A DNA stretch of 64,000 nt from an uncultured bacterium (GTDB lineage Bacteria > Chloroflexota > UBA5177 > JANWHV01): contig CAVSOU010000010.1 of NCBI GenBank assembly GCA_963729625.1, positions 384,001-448,000 on the forward strand, read 5' to 3'. The position numbers were made by a program, and so were the translations under genes. Shown here in pieces: positions 37,856-48,423 of the stretch. The notes below the pieces were generated by a model. That model saw only the letters and a list, made by a program, of their open reading frames with translations. It made no database searches and had not been told where the DNA came from. Position 1 is the stretch's first letter, and every line of letters starts with the position of its first letter.

Positions 37856-40800
37856 GTGATTGCCGAAGAGCTGAACGAGCCTCGCAACATGGAGGTGGAG
37901 GCAGGGTCTCCGCCGGCGGCGCCTCGTGACGGCCAAGACGCCGACTGGATTGGCAGACGTCGCCGCCCCAGCCGGCGCACGGTCGCAGCCGCAGGCATTG
38001 GGTCACGGTGTAGCGGGTCCGCTCCCGCGCGTGCTCTGCCACGATTGGTCCGGCAGCCGGTCACTGTGCCGCGAGGCGCGCTGGACTCCACCGCCGCGGC
38101 CGGCTCGGCAGGACGCTCCGATCCGGCCGGGCCGGTTGTCGTGCGCCGACACGTGTCCCTCCCTGCCCTGGCGCTCCGGCTCTGGCCGTGGCTGGTGATG
38201 GCCGCGCTCTTCAACGGCGCCCTCGTGGCTGTTCTCGTGCTCAGGCCCGGCGGCTATGCGCTGGACAACGCAATTGACGATCTGGTGTCGATAGCGGCTC
38301 CGCTGCTGGTGCTGCCGCTATGCTGGGGTAGCCGTGATACAGCTCGCACGCCTGCATTGGGCCGGTTTCCGCTGCTGATCGGGCTGGGGCTGCTAAGCCA
38401 GGCCCTCGGCGAAGCAGTCTGGACCGGGTACGATTTGGTTCTCCATTCGCAGGTACCGTCGCCGTCTTGGGCGGACCTGGGCTATCTGGGCGTCTATCCG
38501 CTCTGGCTGGCGGCCATCCTGGCGCTGCCCAGCAGTCCCCTCTCCCGGTCCGCGCGTACCCGCGCCGTCCTGGATGGTCTCATGGCGGTGATCGCCGCCG
38601 CAACTGTGAGCTGGTCCTTCATCCTCGGACCGACGATCCTCTCAGGCGATGCGACGCTGGCCAGCAAGCTGGTCAGTGCCGCTTATCCGCTGGGGGATCT
38701 CCTGCTACTGGCGAGCCTGTGCGTTCTGGCTGTTCGCAATCACGACCCATCGCTGCGCATCCCCTTGGCGCTCCTCGCCGCAGGGCTGGGTGTCTGGACC
38801 ATTACCGACACCGTCTACCTCTACCAGACCGTACAGGGCATGTATGACTCTATGCAGCTGCTCGACGCCGGCTGGCCGATCGCCGAAATGCTCATCGGGC
38901 TGGCGGTGGGCGCCGTGCGTGTCACCTCCGTGCGCCGGCCCAGTGCTGTCATAGCCGGGGCCGGGGATGGCTCCGCTGGGGACGCCACGCCAAGCTGCGC
39001 AGTTGACCCCAACCCGCCGGGAGAACCGGAAGAGCCGCCGACGGCACCGGTTCGTCTGCTCCTGCCCTACGCGCTCATGCCGGCTGTGGCGCTGCTGCTC
39101 GTGGTCGCCTGGCGAGGTGGTGACGATCCCCGCCTGCGAGCAGGGGTGGTGGCGGGCAGCGTGGTGCTCATCGGGCTGCTGCTGTTCCGGCAGGTACTGG
39201 CGCTACTGGAGCAGGCACGACTTTATGCCGCGCTGCGCCATGCGCACCGAGAGCAGGAGTGTCTGCACGAGATCAGCCGGCAGCTCAACGCGGCGACCAG
39301 CCTCGACGACGTGCTCGACATCGCCTATGACGGCCTGCGCACCGGGCTGGGCTACGATCGCGTCGGTATCGACCTCATCGACTACGAAGCGGGCATCTAC
39401 CGGGAAGCGCGTGGGACGGACGACCTAGGGCGCAAGACCATCCCCGTGGACCGCGCGACCCCGTTGGGTCCGGACAGTATCGTCTGGCGCCTCCCCGGCA
39501 TTTCCAATCTCCTGGATGGAGCCCGACTGTACTTCTCGGAGAACGTCCTGGACGAGTGTCCGGAGGATTCTGCGGTACGTGCTGGATGGGCCGTCGACGC
39601 AGAACCTGATGGCCCCGCTCCGGGCCGGAGACCGGCTCGTGGGCACCATCTCGGTCGATAACCTGCTCAGCGGCCGGCCGGTGTCCGCCGCGACCGCCGG
39701 TCCCTTGCTGGCCCTGTGCAACCACGTCGCCACCGCCGTCGAGCGTGCCCGCTTGCGCGAGCGCGAGCTGGCCGAGCACGGGCGCCTTGAGGTGATGGCC
39801 ACCACCGACACCCTCACCCACCTGCCCAACCGCGTCCTCTTGCAGCGCCGCCTCGACCAGGGCCTGGCCGACGCCGCCCTGGCAGGCAAGCCCCTGGCCC
39901 TGCTGGTGATGGATCTCGACCGCTTCAAAGAGATCAACGATACGCTCGGCCACCACTGTGGCGATCAGCTCTTGCAACAGATTGGGCCGCGCATCACCAG
40001 CCTCTTGCGCGACTCGGACACCGTGGCGCGCCTGGGCGGCGACGAGTTCGCCGTGATCCTCCCATCGGCCGGAGTGGCTGACGCGCTTCGCCTTGCCTGG
40101 ACCATCCGTAACGCACTTGAGGAGCCGTTCCTGGTGGAGCAGCACGCGCTTGACGTGGGGATCAGCATCGGCGTGGCCGCCTACCCGGATCATGGTGCGC
40201 ACAGCGCCACATTGCTGCGCTGCGCCGACGTGGCCATGTACGCGGCCAAACGCGCGCGCAGCGGCGTGGCGGTTTATGCCCAGGGTGAGGACGGCCATAG
40301 CGTGACCCGGCTGACCATGGCCAGCGACCTGCGCATCGCCATCGCGGCCGGTCAGCTCGTCCTGCACTACCAGCCGCTTCGGCTGACCCGCGATGGGCGC
40401 TTCACGCGTGTGGAGGCCCTCGTGCGCTGGCTACACCCGGTCCATGGCCTGATGCCGCCCGACAGCTTCATCCCCTTGGCGGAGCACACGGGGCTGATAG
40501 TCCCCCTCACCGAGTGGGTGCTTCGTACCGCGCTGCGCCAGTGCCGCGCGTGGAGCCTGCGAGGGCAGGAGCTCGGCGTGCAGGTGAACCTTTCGATGCA
40601 CAACCTGCACGACCGAACGCTGCCGGACCTGATCCAGGCATTGCTGCAGGAGACAGGGGTCGCTCCCGCGCTGCTCACGCTGGAGATCACCGAGAGTGCC
40701 CTGATGACCGATCCGGCGCGTGCGCTCGAGGTGCTCGCACGGCTGGCCGGGATCGGGGTGCGACTCTCCATCGACGACTTCGGGACCGGCTACTCGTCGC

Positions 40801-41240
40801 TGGCCTACCTCAAGCGGCTGCCGGTGGATGAGGTCAAGATCGACCGTTCCTTTGTGCGGGACCTGAATGTCGCCTGCGATCCGGGGAGTATCCGCGACAA
40901 CGCCATCGTGCGCACGGTGATCGCCATGGCCCACGCGCTTGGCCTGGAAGTGGTGGCCGAAGGCGTGGAGTCACGGGAGGCGTGTTCACTCCTGGAAGCG
41001 ATGCAGTGCGATACCACCCAGGGCTACTACCACACCAAGCCGCTGCCGGTCACGGAGCTGGACCGGTGGCTCAACGAATGGGCCCAAGGGGCTCATGCAC
41101 TGGAGAACACGGCCAGGCATGCGTCGCCAAGGGCCTCCTGTGAAACGGGACCAAACCTGACGTCGCACAGATCGGGGGCGTGGCGCCGAGCGCGGCGGAG
41201 TCATGGGACGAGAGGTCGGAGACTCCTGTGTCGGGAGTAG
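37856..41240 (+). CDS. Multi-TM sensor - GAF - GGDEF - EAL protein, split by a +1 frameshift at ~39569
   Basis: PSWADLGYL and AYPLGDLLLL membrane domain, GAF, DLDRFKEIND, RDSD I-site, RLGGDEF, EALVRW and DDFGTGYSSL. Removing one T in GATTCTG joins ...ECPED-LRYVLDG. Confidence 0.9.
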
Positions 41241-41461
41241 TGGCCGGCGTCGGTGCAGTCGCTTGCCACGTCGAAGCCTGTTGGTTGGGCTGGTGCACCC
41301 AGCCCGCATAGAAGCGGCTATACAGCGTGCACCGCGCGGTATCGCGCGTGAACAGCCGATGTCGCCATCATTGCTATTGCTGCCGCGGCCCACGCTTCGG
41401 GCGGCTGCCCGTGACACTCTGCCCGCAGCGCGTTAAGGTCGTCCGTCAAGGCACACGCGCA

Positions 41462-41492
41462 CGCCAGGTCCTGCACCCCCCAGGACCTGGCG
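41462..41492. terminator. Perfect 12-bp hairpin between convergent genes
   Basis: CGCCAGGTCCTG-CACCCCC-CAGGACCTGGCG; no clear U-tract. Confidence 0.45.
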
Positions 41493-41552
41493 CGGCGGTT
41501 GTGCTTGATGCAGGTTATGGCGTGCCGCTGATCGTGAGTTCCGGCACAGTGT

Positions 41553-41912
41553 TCATCGGCCCACCCCGGAGGACAGGTAGGCGGTAACGAAGAGCTGGGC
41601 AATGACCGTATAGCCGGCATGCGTAGGGTGGATATCCGGCTGCGATCCGCACATGTTTGTGAGCGCGCAGAGCACCTGTGGTTGCGGTTTCCACGTATTG
41701 AATGGCACGTAGGCGTTTGCGAGCCTCGCACCGGCAACAGCCGCAGCGCTGGCCAGTGCAGAGTTCAGCGCGCCGACGACTTGCGTGGATGCGCTGGAGA
41801 GGACAGCGAATGGGTTGTACAGCTGCAGCACGACAATCGTCGAGGTGGGAGAAGCTGCTCGGAGGGTGAGCAGGATCTGCGCCATGTTGGCGGAGAGTTC
41901 GCATGCCTGCAT
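41553..41912 (-). pseudogene. C-terminal half of an SGNH/GDSL hydrolase
   Basis: IVVLQLYNPF and DIHPTHAGY (block V). GDS block I not found upstream. Confidence 0.7.
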
Positions 41913-42280
41913 ACACCCCTGATTAGTTGTCTCCTACTTTGGCACCCGCAGCACCGCGATCAGCAAGGCTAGTGGTCTGTGATGCCTCTATTGACTGGTA
42001 GCGTGGCGGTTAGTACGGTGGTTGCATGCTATCCGCGGTCCAGCCACTCGACGAGCGGCGTGGCTGAGGACGTCCCGAGGGCTGGCTTTGAGGCGACGCC
42101 GGGGAATGCGCTATGCCCCCATCCGGGTGGTCCCCATTCGGGTATCAGTGACACGCCATGGACTGTGCAACAATATGGGTGAGAGACGGAAGCAGTCCTC
42201 ACCGCTTGGGACTGTTAGAGGCCTTTCGGATAAGCACAAGGAGCGGTTCTGTCGTGGACTTTGAGGCGAATCAGACGCGG

Positions 42281-42480
42281 CATTTCGACGCATTCCGGCC
42301 GGCGGCAGTCAGATTCGAGCAGTGGTTCGCACGACTGCTCGAGATGCCCTATAGGCAAGGTCTGGTTCAGTATGCGCTGGTCCTTGCCTTGCTCGCGATA
42401 GTCAGATGGTGGCTCGTGAGCACGCTCGGCCCCGCATGTCGACTACCCTGAAGACCGCATCCAACACCTTGAAGCACGCA
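42281..42480 (+). pseudogene. Degenerate Flp/Fap pilin
   Basis: RQGLVQYALVLALLAIV...STLG then, shifted, STTLKTASNTL. Compare GQGLVEYALIL..IAIV: the cleavage Gly and +5 Glu are lost. Confidence 0.65.
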
Positions 42481-42769
42481 TCACATTTCGAACTCGCTTC
42501 GCAGGCGGGCCAGTGCCTGGGCCTTGCGCGCGAGCGCTCGCTCGGCCTCAGTCTTCTTCTCTAAGTAATCGTTGCGGCTCGACGGTTTCCGTCTTGACCG
42601 TTGCTGCACACGGGTGTAACGCGTCGGGCCTAGAGTACACGCCAGCAGGAGTGCGCAAGCGCTTCCATGACTGTGCAGCCCGACCGTTCGGCCGTGGCAC
42701 GAAACGTCGATGAGGCTGCATTAGGCGCGCGGTGGTGGCGGACAGACGCCGCTCGCAAAGGAGTCAAGA

Positions 42770-43057
42770 ATGCAACCACTACGATGGCAGTCTATATGGT
42801 GGCCGGGATCCACCGCTATTCACACGCAGCAGACAGGCAGCCGGCAGACGTGCTGTGGCTTGAAGGTGCCCTCGCAACACCTCTACTGGCCTGACGACTG
42901 CGAAAAAGGCAGGTTACGTTGGTGCCATAGCTGCATCGTGGCTTCACATATTGCCGTGGCTAGCCACATCTCGAGCGTAGGCCAGATGGAGGCAGGCCGC
43001 ACATCTTCCCCAAGGCGATTAAGGCCTGCCGCGGGCACCAGGCCCTTCGTGCTTTAG
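42770..43057 (+). CDS. Small putative Zn-binding protein
   Basis: AAGGAG SD at 7 nt; H...TCCG...W...CHSC pattern. Confidence 0.5.
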   Translation: MQPLRWQSIWWPGSTAIHTQQTGSRQTCCGLKVPSQHLYWPDDCEKGRLRWCHSCIVASHIAVASHISSVGQMEAGRTSSPRRLRPAAGTRPFVL

Positions 43058-43867
43058 GCGATTACCGGGCGTGGCCGGATATTCTTCACTCCAACTGCCT
43101 GAGGACACGGGTCGAGAGGTCTGCCCTGAGCATGGCGCCGACGCGGCGGTGCATCTCGCACTGCGGCGGGCGGCCGGGCGGTTCTAGTGGCAGTTACCGG
43201 CGCAAGCTGGGTAGGATGATTGCAGCTAGCAGCGTGTGACCGCATGGTTCTGCAAGAGCTGAGAGCGCCGGAAGGCCACAGGGCAGGAGGGTCCAGTGAG
43301 GCAAACGCAGGAAGAACTGAGCGATCGGCACCTTCGACTGTTCTGCAACGACTGCGGAGGTGCGGTGGGCATCGTATTCGAAGTCCACTGTTGTGACGTG
43401 GATTCGCATGGCATAGTTGTTCACCCCCAAGGCAAGCAGGTAGCTCCGGCCGACTTCCCGGCGACCGCCAGCCAGCGGTTGTCCGTAGTGTTCCCCGAGC
43501 GCTCGAACCTCGTGGACCGGGGCGCATTGCTTGATCAGAACGATCCGCGGTTCTCGGGCCTGTGTGCCGAAGGTGCCCAGGTTCAGCCTGCCACGAGGCA
43601 ATAGGTTACCTGCCGTCCGAATCTACAATGTCGGCTCGGTGCCACAAGGCTACAACGGTTTCGCCTAACGCGGCCTGCCGGTACCGTGGGTGCGCTTGTG
43701 TTGCGCCGGCCCACGGGCCAGTCCGCGATCGCACCGGCCTGGCGCGATCGGGCACTTGCGATCGCACGCTCACGCACCGTCGACCACTATTGTCGGACAC
43801 GCCCGCCCGCACGCCTCCGGTTGAAGTCGGTCACGTTACAGCCCGCGAGCGTATGCTGAAATGAGCA

Positions 43868-46156
43868 GTGCATTCGCCTGTAGAGCGTGGGCGGCGCACT
43901 CCGTCCGTCGTTCGAGCCACCTGTGTTTCGACCGTCGAGCATCGCAGTGTTTCGTGGAGCCCGCGCGGGCATGGGGGGTTGGCGACGGCAAAGCACGGTG
44001 ACGTACGGCAGCCGGGCGCTCACAGCCGGGGGGGTTCTCAGCACAGCAGGCTCAGGCCGGAAAGACGACCAGGGTCTTGCCGAGGCGCCTGCCTAGGGGT
44101 TCTGTCGCTGATTTTGTGCCTGGCGCTCGCGCAGGGCTCAGACCTGTGGACACATGCAGCTGGCTTGCTCTCCCCGGGTCCGGCGCAGGCTGTCTCTTCC
44201 TCCTCAGGGCGGGAGTCGGCTGCCGCCGCTCTCCGGAGCACGGCGACGGCGACTGCTACCCGCACGGCAACGCGAACACCGACCAACACCGCCACCCGCA
44301 CGGCAACACGGGTGCCGACGAGCACGCCCGCTCGGACGGCGACCCGCACGGCCACGCGCGTCCCGAGTAGCACGGCAAGCCGCACGAGCACCAAGACGCC
44401 CACCAGCAGTGCGACCTCCACTCCCACAAACACGGCAACAGCCACGAGTTCCGTGACGCCCACCGGCAGTGCGACCTTCACTCCCGCAAACACGGCAACA
44501 GCCACGAGTTCCGTGACGCCAACGTATACGTGGACGAACACCGCTACTGCCAGCAGTACGCCGACGGCCACCGACACGGCCAGCGGCACGGCCAGCGGCA
44601 CGCCCACAGACACGGCTAGCGCTACGCCTCCGGACACAGCGACTGACCCCCCTGCAGCCACCGACACGGCCAGCAGCACGCCCACAGACACGGCCAGCAG
44701 CACGTCCACAGACACGGCTAGCGCTACGCCTACGGACACAGCCACTGACCCCCCTAAGGCCACTGACATTGCCACCAATACACTCACCGCCAGCGACACC
44801 CCGACGGCCACCGACACTGCCAGCAATACACTCACGGATACTGTTAGCGACACGCCGGAGGACCCGGCGAGCGACACGCCGGCAGACACCGCCACGGCAA
44901 TCAATACGCCGACGGACGACCCCACCGCCGGCGATACGCCCGCAAATACGGCTAGCGATAGCCCGACAGATGCTGGCACGAGTGCAGCGACGCTGACGCC
45001 GACGTTGACGAGCAGCGCCACGGTCACTACCACGCCGACCTTCACCGCCACGAATAGACCTACCAGCTCCGCAACACCCACCAGCAGCTCTACCGACGTA
45101 GCTCGCCCCGTCTGGACCGTGCGCGTGATGGGCCTGACAGCCCAGACGCATGACACTGTCTGCAATCAGCACAGCCAGGCAGATATAAGCCGCTTGGTCG
45201 GCTACATCCCCCAGTTTCACGCCAATTACGCGTCCGATGATGTGCCTTTTGACGATGCCGCTGGCTATGCGTGCACCTTCGGCTCGGGAAACGCGCCTCT
45301 GCAGCCTTACCAGTACATGCTGAGCTGGGCCAATACGATCCATGCCGCGGGCCTCAACGTGATCTTTCGCGGCAACTGGAACAATTGGGCCGGAGACTTC
45401 GGCCGGCCGAAGCTGTCCTATAGCACCAATCCCTCTATCCCCTATGAGGGGCCCGGAGGCCTCGCGGCCGTGCTCGACAATAGTGACACAAGCTCATATA
45501 TCGGCATGACCTACCAATGGATCCTTAACCATGCCGACATCTTCCAGGACGGCGACATCTTCGAGCCCTTCGGCGAGCCTCAGAACAACGGTATCGCCAG
45601 CTGTGCGCCGCAAGCAGGCTACAGCAGTTGCTACGGCACCAGCGCCGGAAACTGCCCCAGCGGTATCTGCCAGTTCCCTGACGTGCCCAGCTTCAACCGC
45701 TGGCTGAGCGACTTCACACAGGCCGACCAAGCGGCCTTCCAGAAGATCGGCAAGAAGGTGTCCTCCGGCTGGTTCGGCTTGGCCGGAGACTCCTACAAGT
45801 ACGTGGACTCCACCTCGCTCGCATACAGCAATGCCTACAGCATGGATCACTTCGCGCAAAGCTTCGCGGGCTTCACGAGCGGCATCCTGAATAGCCACGG
45901 TGCGTTCCCTTCACTGCCTATCACCCTCCAATGGGGCGACATCAATGGCGCGGACAACACGCCGCAGTTAGTCGCCATCACGACGGACCAGTACCTGGGC
46001 TGGCTCGCCACGCAACCATACGTGTCAGGCGTCGAGTACTGGTATCTTGCCGGACAGGATGATCTCGCGCAGTCCGCCGCGGTCGACATCAACACAGGCC
46101 AGATGACGCCTGCTGGGCAGATCCTCGCCAAGTGGTTCGCCGCCGGGTCGGGCTGA
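43868..46156 (+). CDS. Secreted Thr-rich protein with C-terminal glycoside hydrolase-like TIM barrel (start uncertain)
   Basis: Hydrophobic LGVLSLILCLALA, ~290-aa Thr/Pro/Ser/Asp linker, then WANTIHAAGLNVIFRG, FEPFGEP, MDHF, QWGD and GVEYW. Confidence 0.75.
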   Translation: MHSPVERGRRTPSVVRATCVSTVEHRSVSWSPRGHGGLATAKHGDVRQPGAHSRGGSQHSRLRPERRPGSCRGACLGVLSLILCLALAQGSDLWTHAAGLLSPGPAQAVSSSSGRESAAAALRSTATATATRTATRTPTNTATRTATRVPTSTPARTATRTATRVPSSTASRTSTKTPTSSATSTPTNTATATSSVTPTGSATFTPANTATATSSVTPTYTWTNTATASSTPTATDTASGTASGTPTDTASATPPDTATDPPAATDTASSTPTDTASSTSTDTASATPTDTATDPPKATDIATNTLTASDTPTATDTASNTLTDTVSDTPEDPASDTPADTATAINTPTDDPTAGDTPANTASDSPTDAGTSAATLTPTLTSSATVTTTPTFTATNRPTSSATPTSSSTDVARPVWTVRVMGLTAQTHDTVCNQHSQADISRLVGYIPQFHANYASDDVPFDDAAGYACTFGSGNAPLQPYQYMLSWANTIHAAGLNVIFRGNWNNWAGDFGRPKLSYSTNPSIPYEGPGGLAAVLDNSDTSSYIGMTYQWILNHADIFQDGDIFEPFGEPQNNGIASCAPQAGYSSCYGTSAGNCPSGICQFPDVPSFNRWLSDFTQADQAAFQKIGKKVSSGWFGLAGDSYKYVDSTSLAYSNAYSMDHFAQSFAGFTSGILNSHGAFPSLPITLQWGDINGADNTPQLVAITTDQYLGWLATQPYVSGVEYWYLAGQDDLAQSAAVDINTGQMTPAGQILAKWFAAGSG

Positions 46157-46271
46157 GGTCTCGCCGCGCTACGACTCGCTCCGGGCGGGCGTGCACAGGT
46201 GAATGTCACCTGCCTGCGACGTGTGCGGCTTAAGAGTATTGAAGCTGCGCAACTGCGGTCGAGCCCGTCAT

Positions 46272-46683
46272 CTACTGATCGCTACGCAGGACCGTGTAGG
46301 CCCTATCAAGGGCGTCCAGCGTATCGTTGGCTCCCGGATCGGCGGCAATCAGCGCGCGCAATGCGTCGTACCGCTGAACGATATCGTCCTTTGGCGTCCC
46401 AACTGATAGACCAAGAATGTTGAGCGCGCGCAGACGCACGTTGTATCGCGCTATCCACTCGTTCCGAACACGTTCCAGGTCCAGCTCGGAACGCGAGCGC
46501 GGCTTCCTCCGCCGTTCACTTCTCTCGAACTGCGCCTGATCCTGCTGGCCGCGACGTGGCTTGCGCCAGAAAGGAATATACCAACCCGTATTGCGTCCGC
46601 CGCTCGCCTGGTGGCGTCGCGGCTGACGTTTTTGGCTCGCTTCCGGCGTTGACTCGTCCTCGGCCAGTTCAGTGCTCCAACAT
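46272..46683 (-). CDS. J-domain-like protein without HPD (missed by ORF track; apparent +1 frameshift at codons 2-3)
   Basis: Open minus-strand frame STELAEDES...GWYIPFWRK...ALNILGLSVGTPKDDIVQRYDALRALIAADPGANDTLDALDRAYTVLRSDQ. ATG 46683 joins if one G is removed. Confidence 0.65.
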
Positions 46684-46858
46684 GCCGTTCAATGCGCAGA
46701 GGCAAACGGAAACTGGGTCCTACCCACCTAGGGAGTAGCGTAACATACCTTGCCCGAGTCCGACCGAGAAACTGAAGAGCTAGCTTGATGCACGTCGTTG
46801 TGTGTGCTCGTTGACGGTGCAGGTGAGCCGGAAGGCGCTCCTGTCGGCCTCCAACAGG

Positions 46859-47167
46859 TCAGGCGCTGAGCACGGAGCTGCACGTGAAGGGGATGTCATG
46901 CTCAACGCGAACGGCGCCAGGACCTCGGTACAACAGCGAAGCCTCGCCTTGACAGTGCACGCAGTTGGCAGTCACCCTGCCGTCGGAGTCATACATCCAC
47001 TCAGTGAGCTGGTGACCAAACTGCCGTGCCGAGCACAGAAGCGCCATGCGGAGCGTGGAAGTCTCGACTGCGACAGCAGACGCCGTCGCATGCACGCCAG
47101 AGCCGGCATGCCCTAGTTCAGCTGCCAGGTTGATTCGAAGCAGGCGAGTATAGGTTGCTTGATTCAC
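46859..47167 (-). CDS. Small His/Cys-containing hypothetical protein
   Basis: GGAGG SD; GH...W...CVHC...C possible metal site. Confidence 0.6.
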   Translation of the reverse strand: MNQATYTRLLRINLAAELGHAGSGVHATASAVAVETSTLRMALLCSARQFGHQLTEWMYDSDGRVTANCVHCQGEASLLYRGPGAVRVEHDIPFTCSSVLSA

Positions 47168-47396
47168 AATGCCTCCACTTAGCTGTTTGAGACCGTGTCA
47201 GGCGTGAAGAAGGAGTGGGGCTGGAGCTAGTCGATGGAGCTTCATTGAACCCACACGGCTCAGCCGCTTGGGGCGCCAGGCCATCTCCCGTGCTCGTATC
47301 CCACGCGCATCCTCTCACAAGCGAGACGCGCGCAATACACCCATTGGAGTAGTGCTCTAACAGGGAGGCTCATCGCCTTGGAATGCTTGAACCTGA

Positions 47397-48407
47397 CTAG
47401 CGTCGTGCTAGCTGCACGTCGCGCTCGCGCGGAAGACTGAACCACGCCTCGTCGCACGCTGCCTGCACCTCGGAATTCAGGACGGTCGCCACGCCTTTCA
47501 GACTCTCCTCGAGCTGTTCCGGGCGGCTCGCACCGACAATCGCGCTTGTTATGCCTGGTTTGCAGAGGACCCATGCCAGTGCCACGTGCACCAGCTTGTG
47601 GCCGCGCTCTTGCACGAACGCGTCGAGCCGGTCGACCACGTCGAAGACGTCCTCTTTCCAATACCGCCGGCGGTACAAATCGCCTGCACCCTCCAGGGCG
47701 AAACGAGTGCCGTCGGCCAGTTCTCGGCTGTGGCGATAGCGGCCGGTCAGCATGCCGCCTGCAAGAGGGTTGTATGCGATCACCCCAACACCATGCTCGA
47801 TGCACAGCGGAAGTACCTCATCCTCGATCATCCGGAACAGCAAATTGTAGCGAGGCTGATCGCACTCGAATCGAGCCAGGTCATGCCCGGAGCTGGTCCA
47901 CAGCGCATCAGCCAGGCGCCAGGCAGGGAAGTTCGAGCAGCCGATGTACCGTACCTTTCCGCTGCATACCAGCGAATCGAGAGCGCGCAGCGTCTCTTCG
48001 ATCGGCGTGGAGCGATCGGGCGCGTGTACCTGGTAGAGATCGATGTAATCCGTGCCAAGCCTGCGGAGACTCGCCTCGCATGCCGCGATGATATGCTTGC
48101 GAGACAGGCCTTCATCGTTCGGCAGGGGTCCCATGCGGCCGAAGCATTTCGTCGCAAGCACCACGCGGTCACGCGCGTGCCGTTCTCTCAGCCAATCGCC
48201 GACTATCTGCTCGGTCCGCCCCACGGTTGCAAGCGATCCACCGAGTGGGTAGACGTCGGCGGTATCGAAGAAGTTGATTCCCGCCGCATCGGCCACGTCC
48301 ATGATGGAGAACGACGCCGGCGCATCGGCTTGATTGCCAAACGTCATGGTACCCAGGCAGACCTCACTCACTTTGAGGCCCGTACGCCCGACTTGTTTGA
48401 TCTTCAC
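47397..48407 (-). CDS. Aldo/keto reductase
   Basis: GLKVSEVCLGTMTFG, FFDTADVY, LATK, SLRRLGTDYIDLYQVH and GKVRYIGCSN; GGAGGG before GTG 48407. Confidence 0.95.
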   Translation of the reverse strand: MKIKQVGRTGLKVSEVCLGTMTFGNQADAPASFSIMDVADAAGINFFDTADVYPLGGSLATVGRTEQIVGDWLRERHARDRVVLATKCFGRMGPLPNDEGLSRKHIIAACEASLRRLGTDYIDLYQVHAPDRSTPIEETLRALDSLVCSGKVRYIGCSNFPAWRLADALWTSSGHDLARFECDQPRYNLLFRMIEDEVLPLCIEHGVGVIAYNPLAGGMLTGRYRHSRELADGTRFALEGAGDLYRRRYWKEDVFDVVDRLDAFVQERGHKLVHVALAWVLCKPGITSAIVGASRPEQLEESLKGVATVLNSEVQAACDEAWFSLPRERDVQLARR

Positions 48408-48423
48408 CGCTTGCCCTCCGCCA

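Noticed and set aside
43194-43604. Overlapping opposite-strand ORFs 43296-43604 (+) and 43194-43601 (-)
   Set aside because: The plus ORF has an SD and the minus ORF reads protein-like; I cannot decide which, if either, is real.
44240-45090. Thr-rich repeats as a DNA-level repeat system
   Set aside because: In-frame, degenerate at third positions, and explained as a protein linker.
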